Shown here one piece after another: positions 51,275 to 63,760 of a stretch of DNA of 64,000 nucleotides; position 1 is the stretch's first letter; each line of letters opens with the position of its first letter. Origin of the DNA: Nymphaea colorata. Taxonomy: Eukaryota. The DNA lies in contig NC_045138.2 of NCBI RefSeq assembly GCF_008831285.2, forward strand, positions 39,742,001 through 39,806,000, in the 5' to 3' direction. A program made the translations under genes and the position numbers. The notes beneath the pieces were generated by a model, which saw only the letters and a program-made list of their open reading frames with translations, had not been told where the DNA came from and did no database searches.

Positions 51275-54200
51275 CATACATACATATACACACACACACA
51301 CGCAGGAAAATTGAATCGTGATTCTAGACCCCCTGACATTTGGGGACAACAAGCTATGGCCATCCATCATTTTGATTGGATGGCCCTGCCAATGCTTTTT
51401 TTTTTCTTTATCATGCTATGCACTTACTGCACGACAGTGGAAGAGGGAGGAGTAACCCGCCAGATGATCGAATTGGGCGGCACCGGTGAGGGGCTGGGTG
51501 CTGCTGTCCAGTGGCTGAGGGGGGATGAATCCTCCCTTCCCCTACCACCAAGAGTGTGTGTGTGTGTGTGTATATATAGCCAATCCTTTGTGGGACTGGC
51601 TGAACCACTCCCCTCTTTCTCTTCTTCCTCTCTAGTCTCTCTCACTTCTCTCTCATTATCTCTCCCACCCCTTCCTCCCTCTCTTCTCATTTAGTATTCA
51701 ATGGCCATTAACGATGAGACGGGATTGTGAGAGGATAAAAATAGAATTAGAGGACTGGTTCAGCCAGTCCCAGTGAATGCCTTCCTAATAGATTAATGGG
51801 ATGGATTAGGGAATTGCATCTGGTAGAGCAAATTATGTAACTATTTCCAAAACTTGTACAAAAAGGGAAAACCCATAAACTTGTCTTTCTAAAACTAAAT
51901 AACAGAAGACAAAGGAAACAGCTAAAAAAAATTACCAAATGCAAAGTTAATGGTTTCAGATTAGCTACTAGTTGGTCAACCACTAGCTGCTCAACCTGAC
52001 CTATTAGTCCTAACCTAGGGCTTGGGTATTTGGAGGCTGGAGGCTAGTTAGTATACTGGCGACCACCGACCAGAGCTGAAGCGACTAGAGTTGACAAGCA
52101 GTTAGTCAGGCCTTACTAATTGTTAGTTTACTTTACCACATAACTTGACTTGATGTGTGAAGGAAGTGAGTAGGAGGTCTCCTTTCATTATCCATAGGCA
52201 GTGTTCTGAGTTTCATAGCATGTTGGACAATATGTACCGTGGGAAATCAGTAAATTACACCCCTTGCTGAAACTGGTTTCAAAGGTTTAATGGTATTGTA
52301 TCTGGTGTAACTTATGATGCACTGCTTGTGTCTTATGTTATGGTACAATACAAGATGTATCTTATGTTACACCTTTACAGCACCAAAAGATGTCAAGGAG
52401 ATTCTTTTGTGAACTTAAATAAGTTTGTCATGAATGGCATCTGTATGCATTTAAAAATTTAAAAAATGGGCTGATTTCATGCAAAAAGTTGTGTGGTTTT
52501 CGAACGAGAGTCTATCTCTATCCTCCAAAATGGAAAAAATAAAATAAAACACTCTAACAAGTCATAGATAAGAGATAAGACAATTTATTGTTTGATATCT
52601 CTTTAGATATTGAGAGTAATTTAAGTGGTCAATTTTAATTTTCTCTAGTAAAAATGTGCATGTTGTGAATAGCATATACTTGTTATTTTCTTATGTTTAT
52701 GTAATCTATGCTTTCAAAGATACTTTATGTTTTCATTTCCACTTTTATTTTTTATATTATTTTTTGTGTTCTTTTCATATTAAGAAATAAAATTTGTGAA
52801 ATTTTTTTATCTTATATTATGCTATCCATGTCTCTAACTTTGGACCTGAACAACGTCTTTTACAACCCATAAGTTGAAGGTTGTTAATTTAGGATATTTC
52901 TCTTATAAGGTTAATGACCTTTTCCTTTTCAAAGTGCAAAGTATATGTTGTTACAATTTCCATGGGAACAGAAACCAATTATGCTTTTAGTGTACGAAGA
53001 CGAGTCTATTTTGTGGCAAGAAGCCAAGCTTTCAAAGTGCCTAACTCTGAAGTCGTAGCCGTGTGGCTTCCAAGAAACAACCTTCAGTTGATATGTTAAA
53101 GTGTGCAATGGCCATAGTATTAATTGCTTTTAGAGCATGGTTTCAACTTTCTTTGCATTTTAAGTAGAACACATGCTTCATAAACTAAGTCATTTGCATT
53201 TATTTGAGTGCACATACCTGGACATTTGTTTTGGTCTGGCAAAACTTGTTCATATGAAACATGATATGATGATATTATTGATAAATAATAACTTAAAGTC
53301 TTAAACCTTTTGGTTGAAGTCAGTTGTCAAGAGCATGTTATGAAACATGTTCTTGTACTTTCCAGTATAGCATGCACTGAAACACATTAAAAACCTATAA
53401 ATAGCACAGTGCACCTTATCAGGCTAGGGATGCCTCATAGGTGAGACACGCTATATTTCATCTGTTGCATTGTTTCTAAGTCTTTTGTAAACTTTATTTT
53501 TCTGTTTATTTGTGTCTTATTCAGTTAGTACTGTAGACTTTTTTATAATGCTATTTCCTATATAGTTTTTTTTTCTGTATATTAGTTTTGGATTGCTCCT
53601 TCTATACATTGTTTATGATTTTTCCCATGTAAATTAACAATGAAAATAATATGGTACTGACAAGAAAATAACTGCAAACAATGTATAGGTATTGCTATAT
53701 GGATTATGAACACTTTTTTATTGCCTTCAATTGCTGAGTAGTACGTAGTTGTGCTTTCAGGGGTGTGCATCTAAGTCACAGTGGTGAGACAACTATGGTG
53801 GCGCACCTGCACCCGCATCGGTGCAGGTGCTGGTGCGGCCTGACACGGCATCAAATGAGTTTTGGCCGTTCTGAAAAATGTTTTGGCTGAGTTTTTATTG
53901 ATATATCGATTCAAAGTAACTGTGCATCTAAGTCACAGTGGTGAGACAACTATGGTGGCGCACCTGCACCCGCATCGGTGCAGGTGCTGGTGCGGCCTGA
54001 CACGGCATCAAATGAGTTTTGGCCATTCTGAAAAATGTTTTGGCTGAGTTTTTATTGATATATCGATTCAAAGTAACCTTGATAAAAAAAAAAAAATTAA
54101 CAATATAGACAAACAAAAGTACTTATATGACAAATAACATATATATCTATATAAGATATGTGTATACATACACACACACACACACATATATTTATTTATT

Positions 54201-57200
54201 TATATGCTATCGCTGCACCCGTACTCAATTTTTTTTGGAACTTCCGCATCCCGCACCGGCACCCACACCCATGTGACATAGTGTGCATGCTTTCATGTGC
54301 TTATGTCCAATTCTCTGACTTCTGTTTATGTAGGTGCACAGTGCATGTGTCTCAATATTGCCATTACCCAGATCTGCACTCCAGCTTCATTCAGCAAATA
54401 TAGACCATGGTTATGCTCCTTTGGTGATTGTATGAAGTTGTGATTCAAGTGTGCATCACTAAATCTCCACAAATTAGGCTGGCCATTTCCTTGGCCTATC
54501 GCAGCATAGGTCAGCCAACCAAGGGACTGGTTGGTATATTTGTCATATTTTGCTGTTTAAACATCAAGGTCGAGCCCTCAGCTTTCCCAAGAATAAAGCC
54601 GTACTGCCCCTTTTACATTGTGAAATGTTGTTGATAACTTAATCATCAAATTTGAAGATACTGGAAGTATAATGTTGCAATGTGCATTTGTCCTAAGCCA
54701 TTGCAAATATTAAAATGTTGTATTTTTTTTATGTTGACTAAAATAAGCCACATATTGTTTTATTTTATCATGATATTAATGATGTTATCTAGTTCTGTGT
54801 GGTTCGCAACAGCATCGGTGACTCTGAGATGGTTCTCCATCTAATGAGTGTTCCTCGTGAAGAATGCACTTCCTTCCTTCTCTAGAAACTAAACTGTGAT
54901 TCGTTAAGATAGGCAAACCTGTGAGGGTAGAACTTTTCTTGATCTCCATTATGCCAAGAGATTTCTTCACCAAGAGATTTCTTCAGTCTAAGCCAAATAC
55001 AATAAAAAAGTGCCAATTGATTGCAGTCTACGTAAGGTGTCTGGATAATTTACTAGAATAGCATCATGTAGTCACATATGCTCTTTAAAATTTAAATGAT
55101 TATTTCTTGATTTTTACATGATTGTTTACATATACTCAGCATTTGTTAGCATGTATTGTGATGGTAGCTCATGCTGTCATGCTCATTGGATGGAACACTT
55201 TTATTGTTCTAGGGCTGATGAGTGGAATGTAAACAAATGGGCATGGGAGGGGATATTGAAAGTTGTCAGCAAAGGAGAAGAATGCATAATAAGACTTGAA
55301 GACAAATCCACAGGTGCAATAACAATGCATTGACTAAGAAAATATTTAAGAAAGTAAATATGTGCTTTATTTCCAAGCTTTCCCTCATCTGGTTGCATCT
55401 GTTTGTCTTGCACTCTTTTTAATACATACAATTCTCTGATACAGGAGAGCTTTATGCGCAAGCTTTCTTAAGAAACGGGGAGCCACATCCAGTGGAGCCT
55501 GTAATAGACAGCAGCAGGTCAGGTTCACTTGGGACCCCTAGATTTTTCTCGATAATGTTTTCTTTTGGTAGTCAAACTAAAAACACTTTTTGTTGCAAAA
55601 TGAATTAGTAGATCACCTTCTTCTCAGATGTAGTTGTTTAAATTGCAGGGTGAACTGCTTTTTTTTTTTTTAATTCAAATTTGAGAGCTCACATTTCTGT
55701 TCTTTATATGGTTCATACCTTTGTTCTTGTCGTTTTCATGGACCAGCGTTTTGGACATAGTTATTAAACTCTTAAGATTTGTTTTTTATTTTAAGGTTGT
55801 TTTGTGATACAGTTATGCACTCTTACCTTTTATTCCCCTCTTCTCCTCTTAATGGTGGACAAAGATTGGGCTTGCTTGGTAGTTAAATATAATGCACAAG
55901 CCCGTCCATCACTTTCCAAAAGGCATCATTCTGTAGTCATTGATGCTTACTGCCACTTTCTAAACTAATGAGAGAAGTAGCTTGCGTCATTATTTGATTA
56001 GAATAGGGGTATTACGGGTTTCAAGTGTCTGCATAAGGATTGATGCCAACACATTTTGTACTAAGGTAGTGCTGATTCTGTTCATCTTTTTGGCAGACTG
56101 CACATACACCACCTTTGTAGTGAATCTATTCTGATTTTTTTTATCATTTAATGATATTGCATTCATCTAATCCATTTGTCTTTTCGTGTGCAGATACTTT
56201 GTTTTACGGGTCGAAGAGGAATTTGGTATCATCTCAATCCTTCTTTAAGAGTTATTCTAATGATGTCTTAAAATCTGTGTTGTTTTGCTCTTTGATATCT
56301 TTTACATGTTGGAATTTGGAGTTCTAACAAGGCCTTCTCTGAAATTTGACGGATCTAACCTTACTTTTTGTTTCATTGTAAAACTATTGCTAGCAGTAGT
56401 CTGTTTTATTCTCTTATTGTTTCTCTGATTCTTATTTGCTTTTGCAATGGCCTAGATGATATCAACATTGCCAAGCTCTAGAAACTTTTTTCCTTCATTT
56501 CACATTAAATAAAGTGTACTCTCCATGGAGGATGGGTTAAAGTCAATTAAGGTAGTCTTTTATCTAATAGTTCCTGAAATGAAGCTACTTCAGAGTAAAT
56601 AGATAAACAAACAAAAAGATATTAGAATACAAGTCATTTCCACTTTAAAGATGCATGGTTAAATCTCTTCCCCCACCCCCCGCCCCCCCACCCCTTTCTT
56701 TCCCCCGACTACTCCTGTGCAATTGTGTTAAGAAAAGCATACAAATAACCTCTAATAATGTCCATGTTAACTTTGTTTCATGTTTGTTTACAGTTTCTGT
56801 CTATTTGAAAGGTCCTTCTTTTTCTTTCATGCAGATGGCCGCATAAGACATGCATTCATTGGAATTGGTTTCCGAGAAAGACCTCAAGCTTATGACTTTC
56901 AAGCTGCGCTTCATGACCACATGAAGTATCCTTCAAGCATTTGCTTTTCTCATATTTTAGTTCCAATTTTTAATGGACCATCAAATAGCTGCTGAAGCTA
57001 TGAAAAATAGCCAAAGGTAATACGGTAATAGTATTTATGGATGCCTCTCCTTGATAACGAGAAAGATATTTGAACAAAAAGCAAGCTGCTGAGGAGATGG
57101 AACAGAATTATTCTTCAAAGCCATCCACCGATTACAGTCTGAAAGAAGGCGAGAAGATTGTTCTCCACATAAAGAATGTTAGAACCTAAACTTTTCATAG

Positions 57201-57560
57201 ACCCTATTGTTGGACATGTTTACCACTCTCTTGATGCTGATACAGGTTGTCTTGCAGCAGACAGGATCTTCTGGTGCCAAACCTATCGATCAAAACCACA
57301 ATCGCCCTTCATCGGATGACAAGCCAACGGTTAGTCTTAAGCCACCTCCACCTCCACCACCGGCGGTGAAGAGTCTACCCTCCAGTCCTTTTCAGAAATC
57401 ACCACCCTATCGGTGTGGTTTGAGGACCCAGGGGAGCCTTGATGATTCGTTCCCACATTTTACAGAAGAACTAGAGATTAATGAAGCCTCTAATTCTGCA
57501 AAGGAGTCTGCCACACAAAATGTGGAGGATGATTTTGGTGACTTTCAGGCTGCACAATGA
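48685..57560 (+). CDS. Adaptin ear-binding coat-associated (NECAP-like, PHear domain) protein, 8 exons, about 284 aa
   Basis: Exons 48685-48783, 50044-50075, 55213-55313, 55445-55517, 56194-56225, 56835-56925, 57066-57177, 57246-57560. Motifs YVYLIPPR, RADEW, IRLEDKSTGELYA, VEPVIDSSRYFVLRV, HAFIGIGFRER, YSLKEGEKI, a poly-Pro tract, and C-terminal DDFGDFQAA. Confidence 0.92.
50825..51149. mobile_element. MITE of the CTAWGTCAC family in NECAP-like intron 2
   Basis: CTATGTTACATAAG ... GCGACATAG. Flanks CCTATATG / TCTATATG match at 7 of 8. Subterminal GGGTGCGG/GCACC motifs. Confidence 0.7.
53771..54281. mobile_element. MITE of the CTAWGTCAC family with a duplicated left end
   Basis: CTAAGTCACA ... 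TGTGACATAG, flanked by TGTGCAT on both sides. The 157-bp unit 53764-53920 is repeated at 53921-54077 with one mismatch. Confidence 0.85.
56926..57065 (+). other. U12-type (minor spliceosome) GT-AG intron
   Basis: Donor GTATCCTT. Branch-site-like TCCTTGAT at 57048-57055, with its A 11 nt from the intron end. No polypyrimidine tract (AACGAGAAAG). The flanking exons join in frame (HMK|YLNKK). Confidence 0.85.
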
Positions 57561-60302
57561 TCCCAACGCTTGCATAAGTTCTACAGTTGAGAATCATTTC
57601 TCAGGCCCGTTCTTTCCTTCTGAGTCACTGCAATCTGGTGATGAGCGACAAGAGTGTTAAGCATTGGGGCTAACCTTTGGAGATGAGCCTCTGGTTTGGT
57701 CTTGCGCTGCCATTTCTCTATGGCACATCGGACTCTGAACTCGCAGTGTATGAAATTTGTTTGGTGTCTTGAGATAATAGCTCTGTATTATTCTTTAAAC
57801 CGAGTGTTCTGGGTTTAGTCTGTCATCAATTTAACCACATTTTGAATGTTCTTTTTACATGCATAAAGGACCTTCTTCTTGAAGGGTTCTACTTGTTTGG
57901 ATCTGGCCACCCCTGACCATAATTACTGGACATTCTGCAATTTAGTCATCTTAATTCTCTCTAATCTTCTAATGACCTTGACTTTAGTTGCAATGATTAG
58001 CCATCATTGGAGAAGTAGATTGACTACACCATGATATTCTTTTTGAAGATTAGCAAACATGTGGTTTCCAAACGCCTATTAGATAATGCCAAGAAATGCG
58101 CTCTAGATGCTAAGCTCCCTTTGCCTTTTTCTTCTTCGACCTTCATCTTTTAACAACCTAATCCTAAGCATCCAAGGCAGGTGAATGTATCTCTTGCCAC
58201 CCTCTCGGAAACTATTTATGCAAAGGGTGGAGTATGGTCAATAGATAATAGGCCTCTTCTTGATGTTGGGGGTGTCAATGACTTAGAATTGAGAAAATCT
58301 AAGGATATAAAGGATTGGATTCGGTGGGGATCAATATATTTGTAGAAAAATAAAACTTTGAAGGCTCTATTCTAACCGTTAAGTTTCTCTTCTGATGATG
58401 GGCAAGGTAGCATCGAAAGCTCCAGAGAATCGTGAATGCCGATTTGGGTGGTGGACGTGAAAGAGAAAATTACGCCAATTTTGATCAATATTTTGTAATC
58501 TAATCCTTTGGAAGTTCCCAAAAGTTCTCGAGACCCTGTTTCCTGCACGGCTGCATCGGCAATTATCGGTCCATGTAGGCTTCGTCATTGACCAGCCATT
58601 GGACTAAAAAGCGGCCGGAAAAATGAAAGTTGCACGCGTGTTGCCTTTTTATCGTTTTATGAAACTTCTGGCTGACGAAGAAAATGTGAAAGCTGAGAAT
58701 ACATGTTAAAACGAGTGTGTGGGCTTTTTATTTTTCCCTTTTCTTTTTAACATTTTCTTTCTCTATCTGATTTGATATTTTGGAAAGCACCTGATAACCT
58801 GACTTCTGGAACATAAGGGACCCTGAGAATACGGTGAAAAAATAGCGACATTAGAAAAAGATCGCCGATATTTGTTACTGTATTGGCTTTAATGTTCTTT
58901 GGTTCATCATTTATTTTTCTTTCAGCAAATACAAACAAAATTAATTGTAGTCGGCATACGCAGTGAGAAAGAAAAGCGCTCAAAAGAGCAGCATTTTATG
59001 AATATCTGACAAATCTCAGTCTCCTCCCGTCATTTTTACGTCCCTTGTTCTGTCGTACTGGTTTTTTTTTCTTTTCTTTTTCGCCGCTCACGTTCTTCGT
59101 TCCCACGGTCCCACCAGTCTCGTCCATAGATAATAAAAAAACCAGAGAAAATAGAAAAATACTCCGAAAACGGTTTTCGGAAAACCCGATAATATAAGTT
59201 CCCCTTGTTTTCGCTGTTCATTTGTTTCTTTGAACAATAACGAGCTCCTGCCCTCAATCCCTTTTCGTCCTTCTGCCTTGAATAGGTTTTACTCTCTCTA
59301 TTTCTCTGAGGAAATGAAGTTTGGATGGTGAGGCTCGTCAATGAAATTGGTCGCGGGAACCCAACTATTTTTTAGGATGCCGTGCTTTCATTTGTAAGTT
59401 GCCTGCATTAGCTCTTCTTGGTTCTATTCTACCATCTGGGTCTGTTCATAAAACTTATCCTCACCTGTATCTCGGTCTGCTTATTTGATGAAGTGGGCTC
59501 TCGGATAGCTTTTCCCTTTTGCCTTCTTCGGCATTTTCTGCGTATTGTGAGGAATATCTGTTAAAGGGATTGTTTTCATGCCTTGGTTGCGGCAAGATGG
59601 ATGTTTGGGATTGTAGGTGACATTTAGAGTTCGTGCTTATTGTTGGGGTGGATAATGGCGGTGAAATTCTTGACACTTGTTTTATCCTTTTTAAGCTACA
59701 GAAGGCGTGTTATAGTATTTAATTGAAGACATTGTGAATGTTATAGTATTTCATTCTGTTGTGATTGGAGTTGGAAAACTGCTGGAGTTGCATCTTGGGC
59801 TTTTCTTTTCATGAATGAGTAGCTTTCCCCTGTACTTCATTGCATTGCAGATGAGTTTTTCCTTTTCTGCCGGCGATGGGAGTAGTTGCTGATGTTCTTT
59901 TTTTTTTTTTCCCTCGACTGTCAGTGCCGTGATGTTTCAATGAGCTATTTTTCTCCTTCAGTAGGATCTTGGCTTTCCCCTAAGTTCTATCGTTTTTTTT
60001 TTTTCCTTTTCGCAATACCAAGCAAAACTTGCGAAGACAATACTGGTTTTCCTGTAATAAGCTTTGAACGTTGTGATTTGCCTGCACAAAACCAAGAGAG
60101 ATAGGACCGAATTGCAGACAGTATATTGTGGCCTATTAAGCATGAAATGTGTTATTTCTTACTCGACAGGTTTCATGTTTTTTGCTGACATTGTGCACCC
60201 CGCTTCTGTTTTCCGCTTAGTTGGTTTAACAGGATACCCGTCACAAGTCGGCCACCTGATCTTGCTGTAGATTCACATTTTGGTCCAAACTGGAGTTACA
60301 AG

Positions 60303-63140
60303 ATGGATACGGCTCATTTCCACCCTACTAAGACACTGATAAACTATATCACAATGCAGAGGAGAAATTTCTATTACGCGTTTGGTTCTTGTTCACTTAG
60401 TAGAGTGAAAGGCTCTGCAGCACTTCAGCTTAGCATCGGTGAGGATGATTCACGTCTTGGTGGAAATCATCTGCATGGAAGGAAAACAGAACCAACAGGA
60501 ATCAGTTCTATGACTTCCACATTATTTGAAAATAATGTGGAAGATTTAGTAGATGATGTGCAACAGGTAATTGATCAACAAAAAGAGCGATCCTCAAAAA
60601 GAAAGCGAATGAAAGAGTTTAATGAAATGGAAAGACGGAGGAAAATATCAGAAGCTAACAAGGGAAAGGTACCGTGGAACAAAGGCAAGCGGCATTCAAT
60701 TGGTAATGACTGGATACCTTTTCATGCTTCTTTCTCAAAGAACAATCTTTGTTCGTTTCATTTAGAAGTTACAATGAGTACCCTTTTACCACATGTAGAA
60801 ACACGTGAACTTATCAAGAGGAGAACTTTGGAGGCCTTGAGAGATCCCAAGGTGATTTTCATGTAAGAAGTGGAAGTTACATGCTTTGTGTGTGTAACCC
60901 TGTATTCAAAAGCGCTTCAGCCTTCATTTCAACTAAAAGTTCCTTCTTGTTTCCTAGGTGAGGAAAAAGATGGTGGAGTGCCCTCGTTCTCATAGGTATG
61001 ATTTACTAACAGGAAAACTGCCTTTATACTGATAACATGGTCATATGTACCCCTTTGAAAATGGGATGGAATTTTTCTCAGGATTCCTGAAATTGATTCT
61101 TCCAACAACTTGCAGATGGCCCCCTTTCCACCAAAGAGGTGTTATCATGTATGTGTAATAATGCATCTCTTTAAAATTATCTAGCAAGATTATCAGACCA
61201 CGGTTGTGGCTGTTTAAGTACAAAATCAATATAGCTTCTCATATTTTCACCATTATCTTCGTTATAGTTCCTAGAATATCCCAATGTTGTGGACTATACT
61301 GCATGAAGCTTGCACCATGCAGTTTAAAGTCCTGGAGAGCGTGGCCTTGCAAAAAATGGTATGCCTCTCATACAGATATTCAACTTGATACCTCCATTAA
61401 TGAGATTACCAATGTTGGACTCTGAGCTATCAAAGGGTCCGCTGTGGTTCAGTCTCAATGACTGGCAAGAAATGGAGGCTGATAGAAAATCCTAGAAGAA
61501 GGTAATTCTCTGATGCCTCCTACTCTTCCCTGTAGTATCTATATGTGTATCTATACTTTCACATAGGAAAAAAGTGTAATCTAGCAGATGATTTTGCGTT
61601 GGCAAACTTCTCATTAGGTTCTGTACGGTGAGATCACAAAAGAAAATTGCGCATTTGTTATCAATGTGTAACAGTCTCCGTGCATCTCGTGGGAGTTGGT
61701 GACATGAATTACTCCACCGATTATTATCTATAACATTGTGCTACGCTGTTCATATCCACCACTAGCCAAAGACTATATAAAGAAGGTGAGATGAAAATGA
61801 CACCAAAAAGCAGCGTTATTAGTTTCATCATTAACAGCCATATTTTCGAAAAGAGAAATGATAAGGTTACTGTTTTACAATAATAGCCTGCCTACGAAAA
61901 AGTTTGATGGGCTAAGTTCCAATCAGGTAGGGATGAATCCAAATAGAGCCTGGCTGGTTTTGCTTGCCAGTCAGATCTCATTCAAGTATTATAGCATGGA
62001 AGGATAGTCACTAGTGTATTTCACTGACATGCAATTGAGGGGAACAAGTGTTGTTTAAAGACGACACTGAGAAATGCCTAAATGTATGCTCAGATGATGT
62101 GATTATGAAAATTGAAAAGTTCCAAGCATGTCTGCAACAGTCTGGACAATTGTTTACTGATTTTGGAAATCTTTTTCAGCAAACACGGATTCAAGCTTGT
62201 GAGTTTGGCTGCTACTGTACTCCACTTGTTAGTAATATCTTCCTCTGTGCAATTGGGATGGTGCTTGCTCAAAAGGCACACCCCCAGTCAGATAACTGAA
62301 GTCTATTTTGGAGCCTGAATCAATTGAAAAGGCATCCTTTCCATTAACTGTATTAATTTAACATTCTTGCAGTGAGCAAAGTAAGGCAAGGATAGGTTTT
62401 GCACTGAAAAGAGCTTGGAAAAGAAGGTTAAAGCGAATGTCTATGCAACAGCAGTGTTGCTTAGAATGGCAAGGAATCATTGCTGAAGCAGCAAGAATTG
62501 GTGGAATTGAACAACAGGAACTAGAATGGGATAGCTATGACAAACAACAACTGGAGATTCGCCAAGCAGAACTTCAAGAGAAAGCAGAGCAAGAGAAGGC
62601 GAAAGAAATTGCAAGGCAAAAGAGAGCAAAGGATAAGGCAGAGAAAAAGGTATTGTTAGCCCAAGAGCGAAAATTGAAAAAGGCAGAGAAAGCAAAAGCA
62701 AGAGCTGAACAGAAGAGGGCACAAAAGGAAAAAGAAAGAAGGGGGTCCCTTTTCTCTAGAGAGCTGGTAGTCATGGCCAAGTTACCAAAGGTAACAGCTG
62801 TTATGCAGAGCCGACTAAGATCAGTATGAGGTTTTGCAGATAAAACTTATATAGAGATAATTGATCCATATTTTGGTTCTGCCAATAGTGAATTACCTGT
62901 TGTCACAAGTGCTTTTTCTTGTCTCAGGTTAAGAAATCTTCAATGGCAACAGCAGGCAGTGAGGATGTTACAAGTCGCTCGCAGCCTGCTGCTGAGAAAT
63001 GGGATCTGGAATTTGTAAAGAAGGAGAACATGCGAAGGGGAGTTTCACTTGCTGACCAGATACGAGCTGCGAAAATTCAAAGGGCACAGTCAGCTGGAAG
63101 ATTAACATCTAAAGGGTCTGACGAGGAGACTGAAACCTGA
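60303..63140 (+). CDS. NUMOD3-motif (nuclease-associated modular DNA-binding domain 3) coiled-coil protein, about 373 aa
   Basis: Exons 60303-60702, 60799-60851, 60958-60995, 62373-62790, 62928-63140 join in frame. ERRRKISEANKGKVPWNKGKRHS, ETRELIKRRT, HSEQSKARIG, WQGIIAEAARIGG..QELEWDSY, a Lys/Glu/Arg coiled coil, and SLADQIRAAK. The start codon is uncertain because upstream coding exons are possible. Confidence 0.82.
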
Positions 63141-63241
63141 GATGGTCACGGAAATTCTTCTTCTGCCATGAAGCTTTCTTTTGAGAATACTAGGTGCCTA
63201 CCTCCCCCTTGGTCTCTGATTCAACTTTCAGCCTTCCTTCG

Positions 63242-63286
<45 letters not shown>

Positions 63287-63629
63287 GGTCATTGAAATTT
63301 TCAGGTTTATTCCCCAACATGCAAAAATTTGACCAAGAGGGGCGGATGAAAGCTGCCTCCATCTCCAGCTGACCCAGCAGGCTGCCTCGACTTAACCAGT
63401 GTTCATGGGTGTATAGGATTCCATGGCAATTTTAAGGCACGGCCATGTATGTTACTCATCGATGAGAGCAAGCAACATACTTCGCCCATCCTGGTGCCGA
63501 CGACCTCTAATCTTTGATTCAGCTGTGTCTGTTGTGCCTGTACAAATGACATTGATGTGGGCAAAGCTTATACATGTTGATGAATCTGTTTCCATCTAAC
63601 TGTGCTGAATTACGAGATCGGTTTCTGTT

Positions 63630-63760
63630 AACGGGCGTGGGGCTGGCAGGGGCCACAGCCTCCCCTGAGATTTTTTTCAAGAAATTTGATTTGCCTCTTG
63701 TAAAAATTTTGAAAAACATAATTACCCCCACAAGAAAAAGTCTAGGCTCAGCCCCTCCGT
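63630..63760. mobile_element. Short MITE-like fragment (GC-rich ends, AAAATTTT core)
   Basis: GGGGCTGGCAGGGGCCACAGCCTCCC...AAAAATTTTGAAAA...GGCTCAGCCCC. Similar degenerate pieces occur at about 19480-19840 and 37600-37720. No TSD established. Confidence 0.4.

Noticed and set aside
56226..56834. Second U12 intron in the NECAP-like gene (donor GTATCA)
   Set aside because: The donor deviates from GTATCCTT and the acceptor has a normal pyrimidine tract, so it is U2-type.
1873..63140. Functional gene cluster (e.g. trafficking genes ArfGAP and NECAP, or organelle genes)
   Set aside because: The genes are unrelated housekeeping families up to tens of kb apart; nothing in the sequence indicates a coordinated pathway cluster.
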